This document shows, piece after piece, positions 12,557 to 26,354 of a stretch of 64,000 bases of DNA. The notes under the pieces are model-generated. The model had not been told where the DNA came from. It saw only the letters and a program-made list of their open reading frames with translations, and did not search any database. The stretch's first letter is position 1. Every line of letters starts with the position of its first letter. A program made the position numbers and the translations under genes. Source of the DNA: Octopus sinensis (Eukaryota); assembly GCF_006345805.1 (NCBI RefSeq), contig NC_043013.1, forward strand, positions 37,386,001 through 37,450,000, read 5' to 3'.

Positions 12557-12687
12557 CAGAAACGTTAAGATATACCTTGGTAAATAGTCATATAGTGAAA
12601 CAGATGAAGTTAACTGAATACATTGCATCGCTAATAGACAAATGGTGAGGGCTGTAAGTACTATATATATATGTATATATGTATGTA

Positions 12688-12692
<5 letters not shown>

Positions 12693-12768
<76 letters not shown>
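12693..12768. repeat. Pure (TA)n tract
   Basis: Directly visible. Confidence 0.98.
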
Positions 12769-12770
<2 letters not shown>

Positions 12771-12778
12771 GTATAATC

Positions 12779-12918
12779 TTAAATGAGTCTTCTGAAAAAA
12801 TGTACTAGCATTCCAGGAAACGCACTAAAATGCATAAGTTCACTAAATGCATTGATTATGTTGAAAGCCATAAATACATTACTAATCACTAAATCAGTTA
12901 TATATTCCTTCTCGTCCT
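12779..12918 (-). CDS. Candidate terminal coding exon, hydrophobic peptide, unassigned
   Basis: CTAAT branch-like motif, pyrimidine tract and CAG acceptor precede an open frame (x)[45 protein letters not shown]. No upstream exon or homologue recognised. Confidence 0.25.
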
Positions 12919-13499
12919 CTGGATTAGAGAAATGTAGAGATAATGAGAAGATATTAGGATGAGATGATGAATTGATATCACATTGATTATCCACTAACAA
13001 ATGATGGCAATAGTATCAAGCGTGGGAAGTGAAGGGAGAGAAATACCACCCAGAAAACGAAAAATATCTAAAGCAAAAAAAGTTGTATAACGTATCGGGA
13101 CAATAAGACAAATGAATTAGACAAGTCACTATGTGAGCTGTACTAATTTTTGGATAATGAACATACATATAAATCAGGCCTGTTCATATTATATATGTAG
13201 CATCATCTTTATTAATATTCATTGTATGTTTATGTGTGTGTATGTGTGTGTGTGTATTTATGTACTTGAATGTAATAATGTTTGTGTATATGTGCGAGTG
13301 TGTACATAAGAGAGGAAGTATGAGAGAGATAGAGAGACAGGGGTGGGAGGGACGGAGTGAGAGACTTTTATTTCTTTTCCTGTGGTGGTTATTGTTACGA
13401 CCATAATCTTGACTGTGTCATTAATGCTGTCTTTTCAACTGCTTTCATTCCTCAGCTTCATTATTGTATCATTTCTTTTTCTTCATCTTCCTGCTCAGC

Positions 13500-13990
13500 A
13501 TTACTTATGTTATCATAGTCATCATCATCGTTATCGTCATCATCATAACGCCGTCACCGTCATCGTCGTCGTCATTATAATCATCATCATCATCATCATC
13601 ATTGCAGTCGTTGCCGTCATCATCATCATTGTCGTCATCACCATCATCATCATCATCATCATCATCATCATTGTCGTCATCCTCATCATCATCATCATCA
13701 TCCTCCTCATCATCATCACCATCCTCATCCTCCTCATCATCATCGTCATCCTCATAATCATAATCATAATCATCCTCATCCTCATCATCATCATAATCAT
13801 CGTCATCATCATCCTCATCATCATTATCACCACCACCACCACCATCATTACCATCACATAATCACTGTCAATTTTACAAGAGCAACGAAACAGTAACTAC
13901 TACTACTACTACTGCTACTACTACTACTACTACTACTACTACTGCTACTGCTACTGCCACTACTACCACAGCCGCAGCTGCTGCTGATGA
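13500..13990. repeat. (CAT/CCT)n and (TAC/TGC)n compound microsatellite
   Basis: Directly visible. Confidence 0.97.
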
Positions 13991-14410
13991 GGATTTCGCA
14001 GAAGAGTAGTTATTTCTTTGGCGTGGGTTGGACCTAATCTACTCTTACAAGATACTTCGCTAATAGTTTAATTTTTCCCTCTCAGAAAGGATGAATGGCA
14101 AACTCGATTTCGGCCAAATTTGCGCTCCGAACGTCACCTGTCGAAGGAATCTTCCGCTTAGAATATGGTTTGATATAGTAACGCTTATGCCATAACGGCA
14201 CTAATGAATCTTTTCCATAAGTATTCCGGTACTTTTCTTTGAGTGTAAAATACCCGCAAAACTCACATTCCCGATTTCCCTTTTCTTCCTTCTAGAATTA
14301 CTAAAATGAACTACTTGTGTATTATTGAGTGATGAGATAATGGACTAATTTACCCTAATTTTGCTGTCGTCAGTCTACGTTATATATTATTTTATATTGA
14401 TTAAAATCTT

Positions 14411-14611
14411 GGAGGTGAGTTGGCAGAATCGTTAACGCGTTGGATAAAAAGCTCAACGGCATTTCTAACGGCTTTTTACATTCTCAGTTCAAATTTCGTC
14501 GCTATAAGTTTCGCTTTTATTCCTTTAGGGGACGACAAAATAAGTATCCTACATGTACTCACCCACACCCTCAAAATGCTGGATCTTGTGCGGATATTTG
14601 AAACCGTTATT
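14411..14611 (+). mobile_element. Family-B SINE
   Basis: GGTGAGTTGGCAGAATCGTTAAC...CAGTTCAAATTTCG...TTTGAAACCGTTATT. Confidence 0.75.
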
Positions 14612-14859
14612 GTATTGGCTAAAAGGAACACCACTTTCCCGCATGCTGGCGCTCCTGCTGAAAATATGACAAACGCGCACAGCATCAGCTTGACCAATAA
14701 TTATGTACTATTATCACTTTATCATCATTATTTTGTCAGGAATGACATCATCAGTATCATTAAGTTCATCATCACTGGAAACTCCACTCCTCACCTCTCG
14801 ACATCACTTTCATTTTTTAGACATTGTATTCCTGTTTTTTCCCTCTTTGCTGTTGTTGC

Positions 14860-15135
14860 TGTTATCGATGTTGCCATTGTTGTTGTCGTTGATGATCTTC
14901 TTCTTCTTCTTCTTCTTCTTCTTCTTCTTCTTCTTCTTCTTCTTCTTCTTCTTCTTCTTCTTCTTCTTCTTCTTTTCTTCTTCTCCCATTACTCCTCTTT
15001 GCATTTCCTATTTTGCTCTCCTTCGACCAGACAAGAGGACCATTCACTATCGCGACTATAATTACCATTCTGGCTACAAGAACAGGAACAAGAACATCAA
15101 CAGCAACGATGACAACAACAACAACAAAATAGCAC

Positions 15136-15171
<36 letters not shown>

Positions 15172-15212
15172 TTACTACTACTACTACCACTACCACTACT
15201 ACTACTAGTACT
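14860..15212. repeat. (GTT)(CTT)n, (AAC)n, (TAC)n compound microsatellite
   Basis: Directly visible. Confidence 0.97.
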
Positions 15213-15254
15213 ACTCCCAGTACGAATATTGATAAATGTACAACTGATTATGAT

Positions 15255-15430
15255 ACAGGGGACCTTTGCCTGTCAATGCACAATTACAAAGACAAAATAA
15301 TGAAAAGATATTTGGCTAAGACTATTGTGTAGAATACGCAATCAGCACAATGAACCAATTGACCACATCATTTCTGGCTATTCAGTTCTTCCCTTGACCA
15401 ACAATATCTGCAATGATACTCGAGTTGACG
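15255..15430 (+). mobile_element. Degenerate RLE-LINE fragment (pre-CCHC/CCHC region)
   Basis: DLCLSMHNYKDKIMK followed by CRIRNQHNEPIDHIISGYSVL resembles the QDQ.L.TRNY...CRxC...ETIDHIISGCxxL motif of RLE LINEs. Confidence 0.55.
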
Positions 15431-17508
15431 ATATGAGAAAGTTCGTCTCGAAAAGAAATAGGAAGAAATATATTCACTATTTATCAGGCAATCATAACAG
15501 TAACCATCCCGTCAATTTAAATTTTAGCTATCTACAACATTTATGATCAGTGCTAATCCGAGATGGTTTCACTATCAACAAGGATTCCCTCCAAGCGAAA
15601 ACATTCATAGCATAACTAGGAATCTACTAAAAAAAACTGACTTTTTTTATGAATAGTAAGAATATAATTTCGCTCCCGGCATCTTCTTTAATTGTTTCAA
15701 AATTCATTAGGCTGGCAAGAGATTATTGCTACTATATCTGAAACGATGCTTCTGCTACCCAATTTGGCATCATGGACCTCAATCACAGAAGTGCCACTCA
15801 ACTGATTGACATTCAATCGCTAGCATATACGTTGAGGCCTCTGATATGTGGGCCTGGTATTTCCGCCCCTCGTCTCATCTATTTTTGGTCATTGGGTCTG
15901 TTTGATCTCTTGTATTCACAACTCAGACACCGCATATCCACTCGTCTCTTTATCTTTCTCCAAGCCTGTTGCTTCTACCGCCCAAACCTTTGCATCCACT
16001 TCCCAATCCCAAACTAACAACAATATCCTTTCTTACATCATAGCCCCTTTAGAATCTTCTGCATGCTTACACTTTACTGCATATGTGGACCTGCAACAGT
16101 TAAGCAGAACATGAAAGGCACGATACTCACTGGTGTCCAACCTCATTAAATTCATAAATGCCTGTATCAAACATGGTACAGCACAGGTATCGCTCCCCAC
16201 CTATGTGATACTTGCCTATCCAGGCAGACAGGGAGAACAAAGGATATATTATCAAGGACAGGAATTGAAATAGCTGTAATAAGATAAATATTGCACACCT
16301 TCCCTAGAATACGTCACTCTGCAGCAGAGGAGAATCTATCAAAGTATAAATTAGAGAATCTTATATGCAGGCTTCGGTGAGAAATTAAAACTGATATAAT
16401 TACCTCATATAACTGAAATATTAAGAATAATATAAGCAGCGAATTGGCCGAATCGCTGAATCATCAGGTTGAATATTTTGCTCCGAGTTAAAATGCCATC
16501 GGGGCCAGCTTTAAATTCCATTTAAATAACATTTCTTCAGATCCTGTAATTACGTTCCATTCCTGGGTAGTTGAATAACAGAAGAGTAAAAATTCAGACA
16601 CGATGCATCATGCTATTTCCCCCATTACATTACTAGCTACGTTAAAATCCAATGATGGCCTACCCAGTCGGTAGGCTTAGTCCATCACCTGGTTTACCAC
16701 TAACATCTGTGAGTTTGGATGCCTTTAATAGAGACCATTTTGCTGGGTAGGAGTTGGTTTTAAGAATACCGTCCGGCCTCGCCTCCAAGTTTCGCAGGTC
16801 ATGAGCATTTCCTTTCTTCTAACAAAAAGATTAGAAGATTAAAAGATTAGCTCTTTATTGCTAATTCGTAGTAGTTCTATGCTTTTATTATTATTATTAT
16901 TATTATTCTACACTGAAATGAGTGCTCATTGCTTTTCTGTGTTAACGTAGTAGAGAGAACAATGGAAAGGAATACCTAACAAATAAATATGCAAAAGCGT
17001 AGGAGTATAAATATCGGAGGCAAAATGAAGACCTTTCTGAGTGTCTGAGAAATATAACCAGAATATCTGACAGAGTATGGATATTTAATCAGTGGAGATT
17101 TGTGCAAAAACAAACGACAAGATGGAAATGTCTTGAGGAAGCACTCGATCAATCATCTTACAACTTAATAAAAAGCTATGCATGTAAGTATGCAGTTATG
17201 ATAGAATATATGTCTGCTTATGTATGCGTATATGATGTATATGATGTGTACATATATGATGTATCTGTGTGTGTGTGCAGGTGACTGTGGAGTGTTTATA
17301 TGCGTGTGTGTATATGTATGTACATGTACATGTATATAAATATATATATGTATATATACACATGTGTATACACATGTATATACACACATATATATTATAT
17401 ATATATATGTACGTATCCATGAACCTAACCGTCTATCCCTATATCTATGTGAGTGTAGATATGTGTGAGTCAATGTGTGTACATACACAAATACGTAAGT
17501 GAATATAC

Positions 17509-17566
<58 letters not shown>

Positions 17567-18690
17567 ATATATATATACCTATATATATATAATTTATATA
17601 TATATATATATACATATATGTATGTATGTGTATATGTGCATATATATATGTGTGTGTGTGCGTGTGTATATAATGTATATATTCAACGCATGCATAAATG
17701 CATATAAATATATTTATATATACATACATATGTGTGTGTGTGTGTATGTGTGTGTTTGTGTGTGATCTGCATGATTTGTGTGTACGAGTGTATATGCCTG
17801 CGGGCAAGTTTGAAATTTTGTATTACCGGCCAATTCATATCAATGCTGGTTGAATTTATGGCATTCGTGGAGTATAGTTGTCTCGGCATGGTTCGATAGA
17901 GGCCTATAAATCTTAGTCCCTAAATAAAATTGGGAAATAGACCCATTGCTACAGTAAAAGTAGTGTTTAACCTGGTCGGCCATCGATAAACAATTACGCT
18001 CTCATAATAATATAGAAGATAAGTATATAGCAGTCATATGCATAGAAATACATATGCGCACTCTCTGATATGCACAGACACGGGAATACACATATATTTA
18101 TTTATGTATAAGTTCTTGAATCTGAGTATGTATGGTTCTATAAAATAAGTGCATATTTGTATTGGTAGAATAATTTTTACAACTATTCAAATACAATTGC
18201 ATGTATGTATATAAGTATGCATGTATATATATACGCCATTGACGAGGTTTATTTCAAGATTACTTGCAAATAGCGAAAGAACCGGTTTCTAGCCTAGATG
18301 CAAGGCTCCTTCATTGAAATTTCAAATTCACCACCAGTGTATCTCTGTTTGTATGTATGTATGTGTATGTATGTATGTATGCATACATGCATTATGTATG
18401 TACTTATGTATGTATATATTTATGTATGTATTATGTATGTATGAATGTATGTATGTATATGTGCAGATTCGTATGTTTTATGTATATATTCTCATGCATA
18501 TACATGCATATCTAGACATGCATATATATATATGATGTGGTTCTGGTGGTGGTAGTAGTGGTGGTGGTGGTGGTGGTGGTGGATGGTGGTAGTGGTAGTA
18601 ATAATAGTATTAGAAGCAGCAGTAGCAGCAGTATATATGGACTCGTCCGTCGTGGACGACGCGTGTGTGTTCAGGATTTACCAAACAACT

Positions 18691-18760
18691 TGCAAAGCTC
18701 TCCAGAAGTTCATCATTTATATACATATATATAAATGATGAACTTCTGGAGAGTTTTGCA
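18691..18760. repeat. 70-bp near-perfect palindrome centred on a TA run
   Basis: TGCAAAGCTCTCCAGAAGTTCATCATTTATATA-CATA-TATATAAATGATGAACTTCTGGAGAGTTTTGCA, with 1 mismatch in 33-bp arms. Confidence 0.95.
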
Positions 18761-19087
18761 GATTTTTACAGTTCCACTAATGAATTAGAACTATAGTCTT
18801 CGAATTAGCTTTCTCCTTTCTGGTTTTGAGAAACCTAATTTCTCAAGATTGGTATTAGGCAGTGTGTTACAGATCCCAAGTGTGCATGCATGCATGGTTG
18901 TAAGTATGTATGTATGTATGTATGTATGTATGTATGTATGTATGTATGTATGTATGTATGTATAGTTAGCACACTTGTCGCGAACAAAGATATGTGGGTT
19001 TGAGTCACACGCGCACGGAAAATCTTTCTTTCCGTAAACACACACACATATACACACGCAAAAATATATGCATACACACACGCAAAC

Positions 19088-19103
19088 ATATCTACATACA
19101 CAC

Positions 19104-19167
<64 letters not shown>

Positions 19168-19193
19168 CATCATCATCATCATTATTATTATTA

Positions 19194-19244
<51 letters not shown>

Positions 19245-19255
19245 CATCATCATCA

Positions 19256-19300
<45 letters not shown>

Positions 19301-19372
19301 TATTATTATTATTATTATATTATTATTACTATTATTATTAGTATTATTATTATTATTAATATTATTATTCAG
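19088..19372. repeat. (TAT/CAT)n tract, i.e. (TAA)n on the LINE strand
   Basis: Directly visible. It abuts the R4/Dong-like 3' end. Confidence 0.98.
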
Positions 19373-19374
19373 TA

Positions 19375-19750
19375 GTATTTTTTTATATCGTGCTTTCACT
19401 TCACTACCGAGCGCAGCTCTGTGTGCCTTGAGTGTTGGCTGTAATTTGTTGTGATGCTCTGATGGTTATTGTATGGAAAGTGTTCTGCGTAGGATGCGTG
19501 CAGTGCCTAGTAGTGCAATTTTCTGTATGTTATATGTGTTGTAAGTCCTGGCGTTTTTGTTATGCATTTGTCTGAATATTTTGTTATCATGCCTAATGCA
19601 CCTACTATGATAGGAATTGTTTCTGTTTTTAGATTACACATTCTGGTTACCTCTATTTCCAGGTCTTTGTATTTTGAAAGTTTCGCCATTTCATTTAGAG
19701 ACACGTTGTCCTCCGCTGTTATTGATATATCAATTAGAAAACATTTTTTC
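19375..19750 (-). mobile_element. 5'-truncated R4/Dong-like RLE non-LTR retrotransposon 3' end
   Basis: KCFLIDISITAEDNVSLNEMAKLSKYKDLEIEVTRMCNLKTETIPIIVGALG, frameshift, then YNIQKIALLGTARILRRTLSIQ* (stop 19466-68). A short 3' UTR runs into a (TAA)n tract. Confidence 0.85.
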
Positions 19751-21423
19751 AGAGTTAGCGGTTGGAATAACCGCCTAAGAGATAAGAATATCCGTTCTTA
19801 CTACCGGTGTCATTTACGTATACTATCTCTGGGCATGGGTATGCAAGCATACTGTGCTCATAAGGTACAAGTAATAGCAGAATACAGAAAATGTTATCAG
19901 CAATCAAATTTAAATAAGCAGAAAATGGAAAAATCTTTAGATCAACAAACAACTTGACAAACATATGTTACTTTTTGTATTAAAATATAATTAACGATGA
20001 TATATATATATATATATATACACTCGATAGGATTCCTTCAGCTTACATCTACCAAATCCGCTCACAAGGTTTTGGTCGACCCGAAGCTATTAAAGAAGAC
20101 ACTCGCACACTTTTCTACGCAGGGTTTCTCCACTCGGAACCATGTGATTGAGAATACTCACCAACCTTCACGTTAATGGAATGAGAAATTAATTCGTTCC
20201 CACAGCCAAATACTCGCCACCAAATCGATGAAGAATTGGCGAAGAATTTTCAACGTTGTGGCCTAGTTGAGCAACTTTGTCTTGCAGAACAAATAAGACA
20301 CGAAGGGCACTGGACCTCTCAAGAATACTCATTTGTCTTTAAAATGAATACAAAGCGAAATGTTAACTCTTAGGATTTTCAACAATATTGTCAATACCGG
20401 AAGAAAACCTAGAGGACACCGTGTTTCGAGAATTGAATAGACCAATTTATCTGAATGACAGCGTATGAATTTAGCTGCTTGGAAAACACCATGGATTGAA
20501 ACGAAAACGCTGCGAACAGGATCACATGTATACCACATCATAAGCGCTAGAGTACGTAGATGTGCTTATTCGGTCATAGAATATTAAGCTATAAAATTAG
20601 CTAACATAAAATATACTTTATATTTTTCGTCCGGCATATCTCTAATATTTTCCTGATAAATTTGGAAGAGGTTATAAAAGAACTATAGAACTATATGTAT
20701 AATGAATTGGGCTATATCACCAATAAATTGAATGCAAAAGTTATGAATCGAATTGATATATCACAGAGATAACTATTCGAAAAGTGAAATATATATAATA
20801 TATTGGTTAGTAAATATCCATTCAGCCCTTGAAAAACAGCTCATACGTATATAAAACAATAGAATTTTAAGTCACATTGTCCTCTAATATATCGACAGAA
20901 AATTAAATTATGAGCTTTCCTTTTATCATATCTGTTATATATACAGAGGAAGGTTTTGAATATTAAGAAAAATAACACGCTGGATGCATACATACACACA
21001 CACACATACATATATGCATAAATACTTATGCACATACAGGCTTCATACTCACATACCCACACATGCACAGATACGCGTGGGATACATACACACATATATT
21101 CATGCATACATACGTACATACATACATACATTCATATGTATGTACGTTCATGCTTCACTCATATATGCTTCTCACATACATAGCCACACATGCACACACG
21201 CCCTCGCATATATGTATCCACATATATATGATTGTGTGAGTATATGTGAGTATGTGTATTGCGCAACTGATATTAATACTTTTGAGGGTGAAGTACGAAA
21301 AATGTTTTAATAATACTTGCATATGTTTAGTAAAATGAAATAATATTGCTTAGAGTTTAAACGAAATAAGACAATACACAAGATGAACTGCAAATTTTAA
21401 TACTATCATGATATTATTGTAAA

Positions 21424-21460
<37 letters not shown>

Positions 21461-22401
21461 TTTTTGTGTATATATGTAAAATATATACAGTATATGTGTA
21501 TATAGTTATGTATATGACAGTTAATATTCAATTCGTACAACCAGCCAACAAGAAATTAAGTTGCAATTGTTTTTCACTATATGAAATATTTATGTTTATG
21601 GTAATAGACATATTGTTCAATGTATGTATATTACCGAAATGAAATGAAACGAAATGAGAAAAAGAAAGACAACGAAAAAACGGCATTGAAGATCGTTCCC
21701 AATAGCTAATGAATTATTGATTCCCATAAAAACTGCGATGAAATTGAGTGTTTTCCTATATTGTATATTCAGTATAGCATTTGTTCAAAATTAATGGATA
21801 CCGACATAATTTTTTCATAAAGCTAGGTAGTCATTTAATCCATAATCACTAAAGAAATGTTACAGAAAGATTTCTAATACAGATCTATTATAGGAATTTT
21901 GAACGTATAAAACTTTTGTAGTTCCGTTAAAAAAAAAAAAAGAAAAGAAATTATCATTTAGATATCTTGTAGGATCATGCTACTGCTGATGCTGATGAAG
22001 ATCCTCATAATCACTAACACCACCATCACTACCACCACCGTCATCATCATCGCCATCATTGTCACAATTTATCATTATTATCGTGATCATATTCTACACA
22101 ATTTAAATCATGGTGAGTTTATATAATATCGCAGTGTGAACATTCCTATCAAAAGAAAAGCCCTTGGGAAGATTTGATCTTTGTTCTAAAGGCTATGAAA
22201 ATATTTTATATACTTATTTGAATTTTCTAATTTTTCTATTGATTATTTCTAAAATAAACTACGTATCATAAGAAAGCGAACTCAGCTAAAGAAAAACATG
22301 ATAGAATAACAGAATAACAAATGTAGAATATGAACGTGAGGCTATTGACATATGTATAAAACCCAATATTTCTTTTGTCGTTTATATATATGTGCAAATA
22401 A

Positions 22402-22600
22402 GACGACCAGCTGGCAGAATGGTTGAATGACGACAGAGACAGCGATATTTCTTCAAGATCTTTGTGGTTTGAATCTAACACTTAGAGAAGCGAACTTTGC
22501 TTTTTCAATATTTTGTGGTCTGTAAAATATAGGAACAATAAAAAAAACTGGGTAGACACGATCTCAAAACTGGAGGTCATGTGCTAAAATTGGAAAGAAT
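22402..22600 (+). mobile_element. Degenerate family-B SINE
   Basis: CAGCTGGCAGAATGGTTG head, ACTTTGCTTTTTCAAT body, GTGCTAAAATTGGAAA tail. Confidence 0.6.
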
Positions 22601-23711
22601 TAACTGTATATGCTTTGCTTACTTACCGAGAAAGTATTGCATAGTTCATTTCCATCATTGTTTTGTAATAGAAAATATTTGAGAGGAAACATATTTAAAC
22701 ATGCCTAATCATGGACATTGAGATCAAATATAGACATTTCATGGTGCTTCTTTTAGTACATTTTACACATTCAACATTATGAAAGAAGAATCAATAACAA
22801 ATAAATGGTTGAGGGGTTATCACTGGTTCTCATCTTTCCATGGAAATGGGGGTACCTAACTTGTCCCACTGTACTAAAATGACACCTATATCCTCTAAAA
22901 ATGTAGTTGTTGCAGTAATTTCTTAAAATTTCTAGTTCTTGTGCATATTACGTAATTTCATCAGCTGAGATTTTTACATGAATTTTGCCCTGAATCATAA
23001 ACTTAATATAGAATTTATTTTAAGAAAAAGCAAAACGTTGCAAATTAGAAAGATTGAGAGCTTGGTGCAGTGAGTATTTTGAATTAAGGCGCAATGTTTA
23101 ATGTACTCAATTTCATCGAGTTAAGGCAGAGCTTTATGTCCACCGCTCTAACGATTTTCCCAAATTCGACGGCGTAGAGTGAAGGAATAGTGTTATTGTC
23201 TTAACCCCAGTAAGTGTGACTTCCTCCTTCATTCATCGAGAGGTCAGTGAAATAAGGGCTATAATAAAAGAAGATGAAGTATTTATATTTACAGAATAAG
23301 TATTAATATTGAGAACCAGGTTTAGATAAATCGATTGTCGATTGTCCTAGGTACCTTCACCTTACTGGAAATATATTTACCAAAGAAAAGAAAACAGGAT
23401 CGATTTTGATCGATCAGTCGCACAGAAGGCATTGAAGAGATCCTTTTTTGTTTTAAAAACAAACTTCATCAGTTACAAAGATACATAGCTTAATTCATTT
23501 TGGATACTCCTGGCAATGCATAAATATTTCATTTCCACGAAGTAAAAATCTCTTAGTTTTTTTTTTATGAAGAAAAAATAAATTCTGTAACAAATACAAA
23601 TTATTTATTGAGGTGCAATGACTTGGCTTCACTCCGTATATTGAAATGAGAGGCTTTTCCCAAAAATGAGAGGCTAATATACTTCTTAAGTTGTTATTTT
23701 AAGTCATACAA

Positions 23712-23928
23712 AGCTGGCAATATCAGTAGCGTTCCGAAAAAGATGCTTAGCGACATTTCGTTCGTCTTTACATTCTAAAATCAAAATTCACCGAGCTCAA
23801 CCATGCTTCACCTCCTTTAAGGGTCGATAAAATAAAGTACCAGTTGAGCACTGGGGGTGGGGAGTGATGTAATCGAGTAGCCCTGTCGGCCATATTTCAG
23901 GCCATTTTCGCCTATAGTAGAAAGTATT
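23712..23928 (+). mobile_element. Family-B SINE
   Basis: GGGTCGATAAAATAAAGTACCAGTTGAGCACTGGGG...GATGTAATCGA. Confidence 0.75.
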
Positions 23929-24759
23929 AAGTTATATACACGTTTGTATGATATAAAATTGGATGTAAACAGTTACATAAATATTAAGATTGTGGTATAT
24001 TTACTTCAACAAAACTATTATAATAGGGATGAATATATCCGTGCAGCCCCTAAGCTACACTGGTGCACTTGGGCACATATAAAGAAGTCATATTAGAATA
24101 AGTCGTAGAAGAATAGATTATTTAAATGGAATGTAAAATTAATATTTTTTCCACTTACTGTAAATCATTTACTATCCTCTAGGACATAATATGTATTCTA
24201 CTGAGTTGAGAGAAATTCACAAACATTAACAAATCCGCAATAACTTGCCTCCAACTATTTTACGTGACTTCATCATCATGAACAGATTATACAAAATTGC
24301 CTTGAAGCTTCTGATTTTCGAATTGGCGTTTACAATATTTCATAACTAAACGAAAATTTAACATATACAACAGCCGTTATAGTAGTAACAAACATAAAGC
24401 AATGAAGCCTTTGGCCTTCCCACGTTAGTATCAACAGTTGTTTGCAAATAACTATGGACAAAGAGTGAGTGAGCTGATATATAAAGTTCTAGAAACTTTT
24501 TGGAAAGCCAAACGAAGAATCAAACAGAATGTAATTAACCTTGCTGATATATATTCTTTAAGCTTCGTTATTTTAATTGCCAACATTGCGACAAAATGAA
24601 AGCCTACCAGCGTATAAGGACATTCAACATTTGTATATTGCAGGTGAAACTTTAAGTGAAAACTTTTTCGACTTTAATTGCAATGTTTGAAGATGGCTGC
24701 AGGCTGAAGAATGTTTCCAACTTTTGAAATATTACTCAATACTGATATATCTGCACAAC

Positions 24760-25031
24760 AACAATAGCAACATAAACAAGAACAGCAACAGCAACAACAA
24801 TCGCTTCTGCTATTTCTTCTTCTTCTTCTTCTTCTTCTTCTTCTTCTTCTTCTTCTTCTTCTTCTTCTTCTCCTTCTCCTTCCTTTCTTCTTCTTCTTCT
24901 TCTTCTTCTATTTCTCTTCTTCTCCTCTCTTCCTTTCTTCTTTTCTTCTTCTTTTATTTCTTCTTCTTCTTTCTTCTCATTGATTATTATTGTATTACTT
25001 TTCATCGTTCATCATCATCATCATCGTTAAT

Positions 25032-25099
<68 letters not shown>

Positions 25100-25100
25100 A
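24760..25100. repeat. (AAC)(CTT)n(TAT)n(GTT)n compound microsatellite
   Basis: Directly visible. Confidence 0.97.
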
Positions 25101-25102
25101 AT

Positions 25103-25524
25103 GGCGGTGAGCTTAGCGGAATAGAACGCCATACAAAATGCTTAGCAACGTTTCGTTTGTCTTTTACGTTCTGAGCACAAATTCCGCCGGAGACCGGAGT
25201 CGATGTAAACGCGTTGCGCATGTTCACAAATTTCAGACCTTTCACGTATAATAAAAGAAGCTATTATGATTGGCGTTGTTGTTGTTGTTACAATGGCTGT
25301 TCTTATTTAAAGTTAGCGAACTGGTAGAATCGTTAGGACGCCGGCAAAATTTCAAGCGAAATTTCGTCTGTCATTACATCTCGAGTTCAAAATTTACTGA
25401 TGTCGATATTGCTTTTTACCATTCGTAGTCAATGTAATCAGTACCAGTTTCATCCGTTGCCGATATAATCAATTTACTTCTCTCCTAATTTTTCTGAATT
25501 TATGCCGAAATTTGAAATCATTAT
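25103..25524 (+). mobile_element. Two family-B SINE copies (partial 25103-25195; 25312-25524)
   Basis: Heads GGCGGTGAGCTTAGCGGAAT and GCGAACTGGTAGAATCGTTAG, with B-boxes GAGCACAAATTCC and GAGTTCAAAA. Confidence 0.7.
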
Positions 25525-25899
25525 CACAATAATTATTATATGAAAGCTTTCAGCTTAGTTTGCCGCGTATGGTGGCAAATGTCACCTATCTACACCTAGC
25601 AGACTAAAGTAACTTTGTTTACTGGTCGTGCTTCAAAAACTCAGGGGAGAACTCCAGCAGTTCCAAGCAATGTTGAAGTTTGTAAGAGTTCTATTTTTAC
25701 GTTTCTACCAATCTTTATGAACCATGTTAGTAGTTGAGTGTAGATACTTCAAAGCACGCCAATTACTATTAGCATCACGTCTACTCTCTTCATTGACATC
25801 TACCTGTGTATTTCCCACTTCAACTCGTCATGGTTATTCAATTTTTCTTCTTTCGCTTTCATTCTGTTTTCATCAGGACATGCTATTTTCACTATCATT

Positions 25900-26323
25900 C
25901 TTTTCTTCTTTTCTTCTTTTACTTGTTTCAGTCATTTTGACTTCGGCCATGCTGGAGCACCGCTTTTAGTCTAGCATTTTGACCCCAGGACTTAATCTTT
26001 GTAAGCTTAGTACGTATTCTATCGGTCTCTTTTGTCGTACCGCTATTTTACGTGGACGTAATCACACTAACATCGGTTGTCAAGCGATGGTGAAGGTACA
26101 AACACAGAAACGCAAGTACACAGACGCGCACACACACAGATGCACACATATATATATACGACGGGCTTCGTTCAATTTCCGTCAACCAAATCCACTCACA
26201 AGGCTTTGATCAGCCCTAGTCTATAGTAGAAGACACTTGCCCATGGTGCCACACAGTGGGCTTGAACCCGGAACCATGCGGTTGGGAAGCAATCTTCCTG
26301 AATCACAGTCGCGCCTGAGCCTA
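25900..26323 (-). mobile_element. Family-A SINE
   Basis: Same head, core and tail motifs as 7227-7713. Confidence 0.85.
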
Positions 26324-26354
26324 TGCATTATGCATATTTATTTTTTATTTTTTG

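Noticed and set aside
20200-20560. RTE-LINE C-terminus (GRKPRG)
   Set aside because: It is a single short motif with too little support to call.
22628-22990. Minus-strand exon between an AG at ~22990 and a GTAAGT donor at 22627
   Set aside because: There are stop codons in all three frames across the interval.
24158-24200. Short minus-strand exon with strong splice signals
   Set aside because: All frames contain stops within 42 nt.
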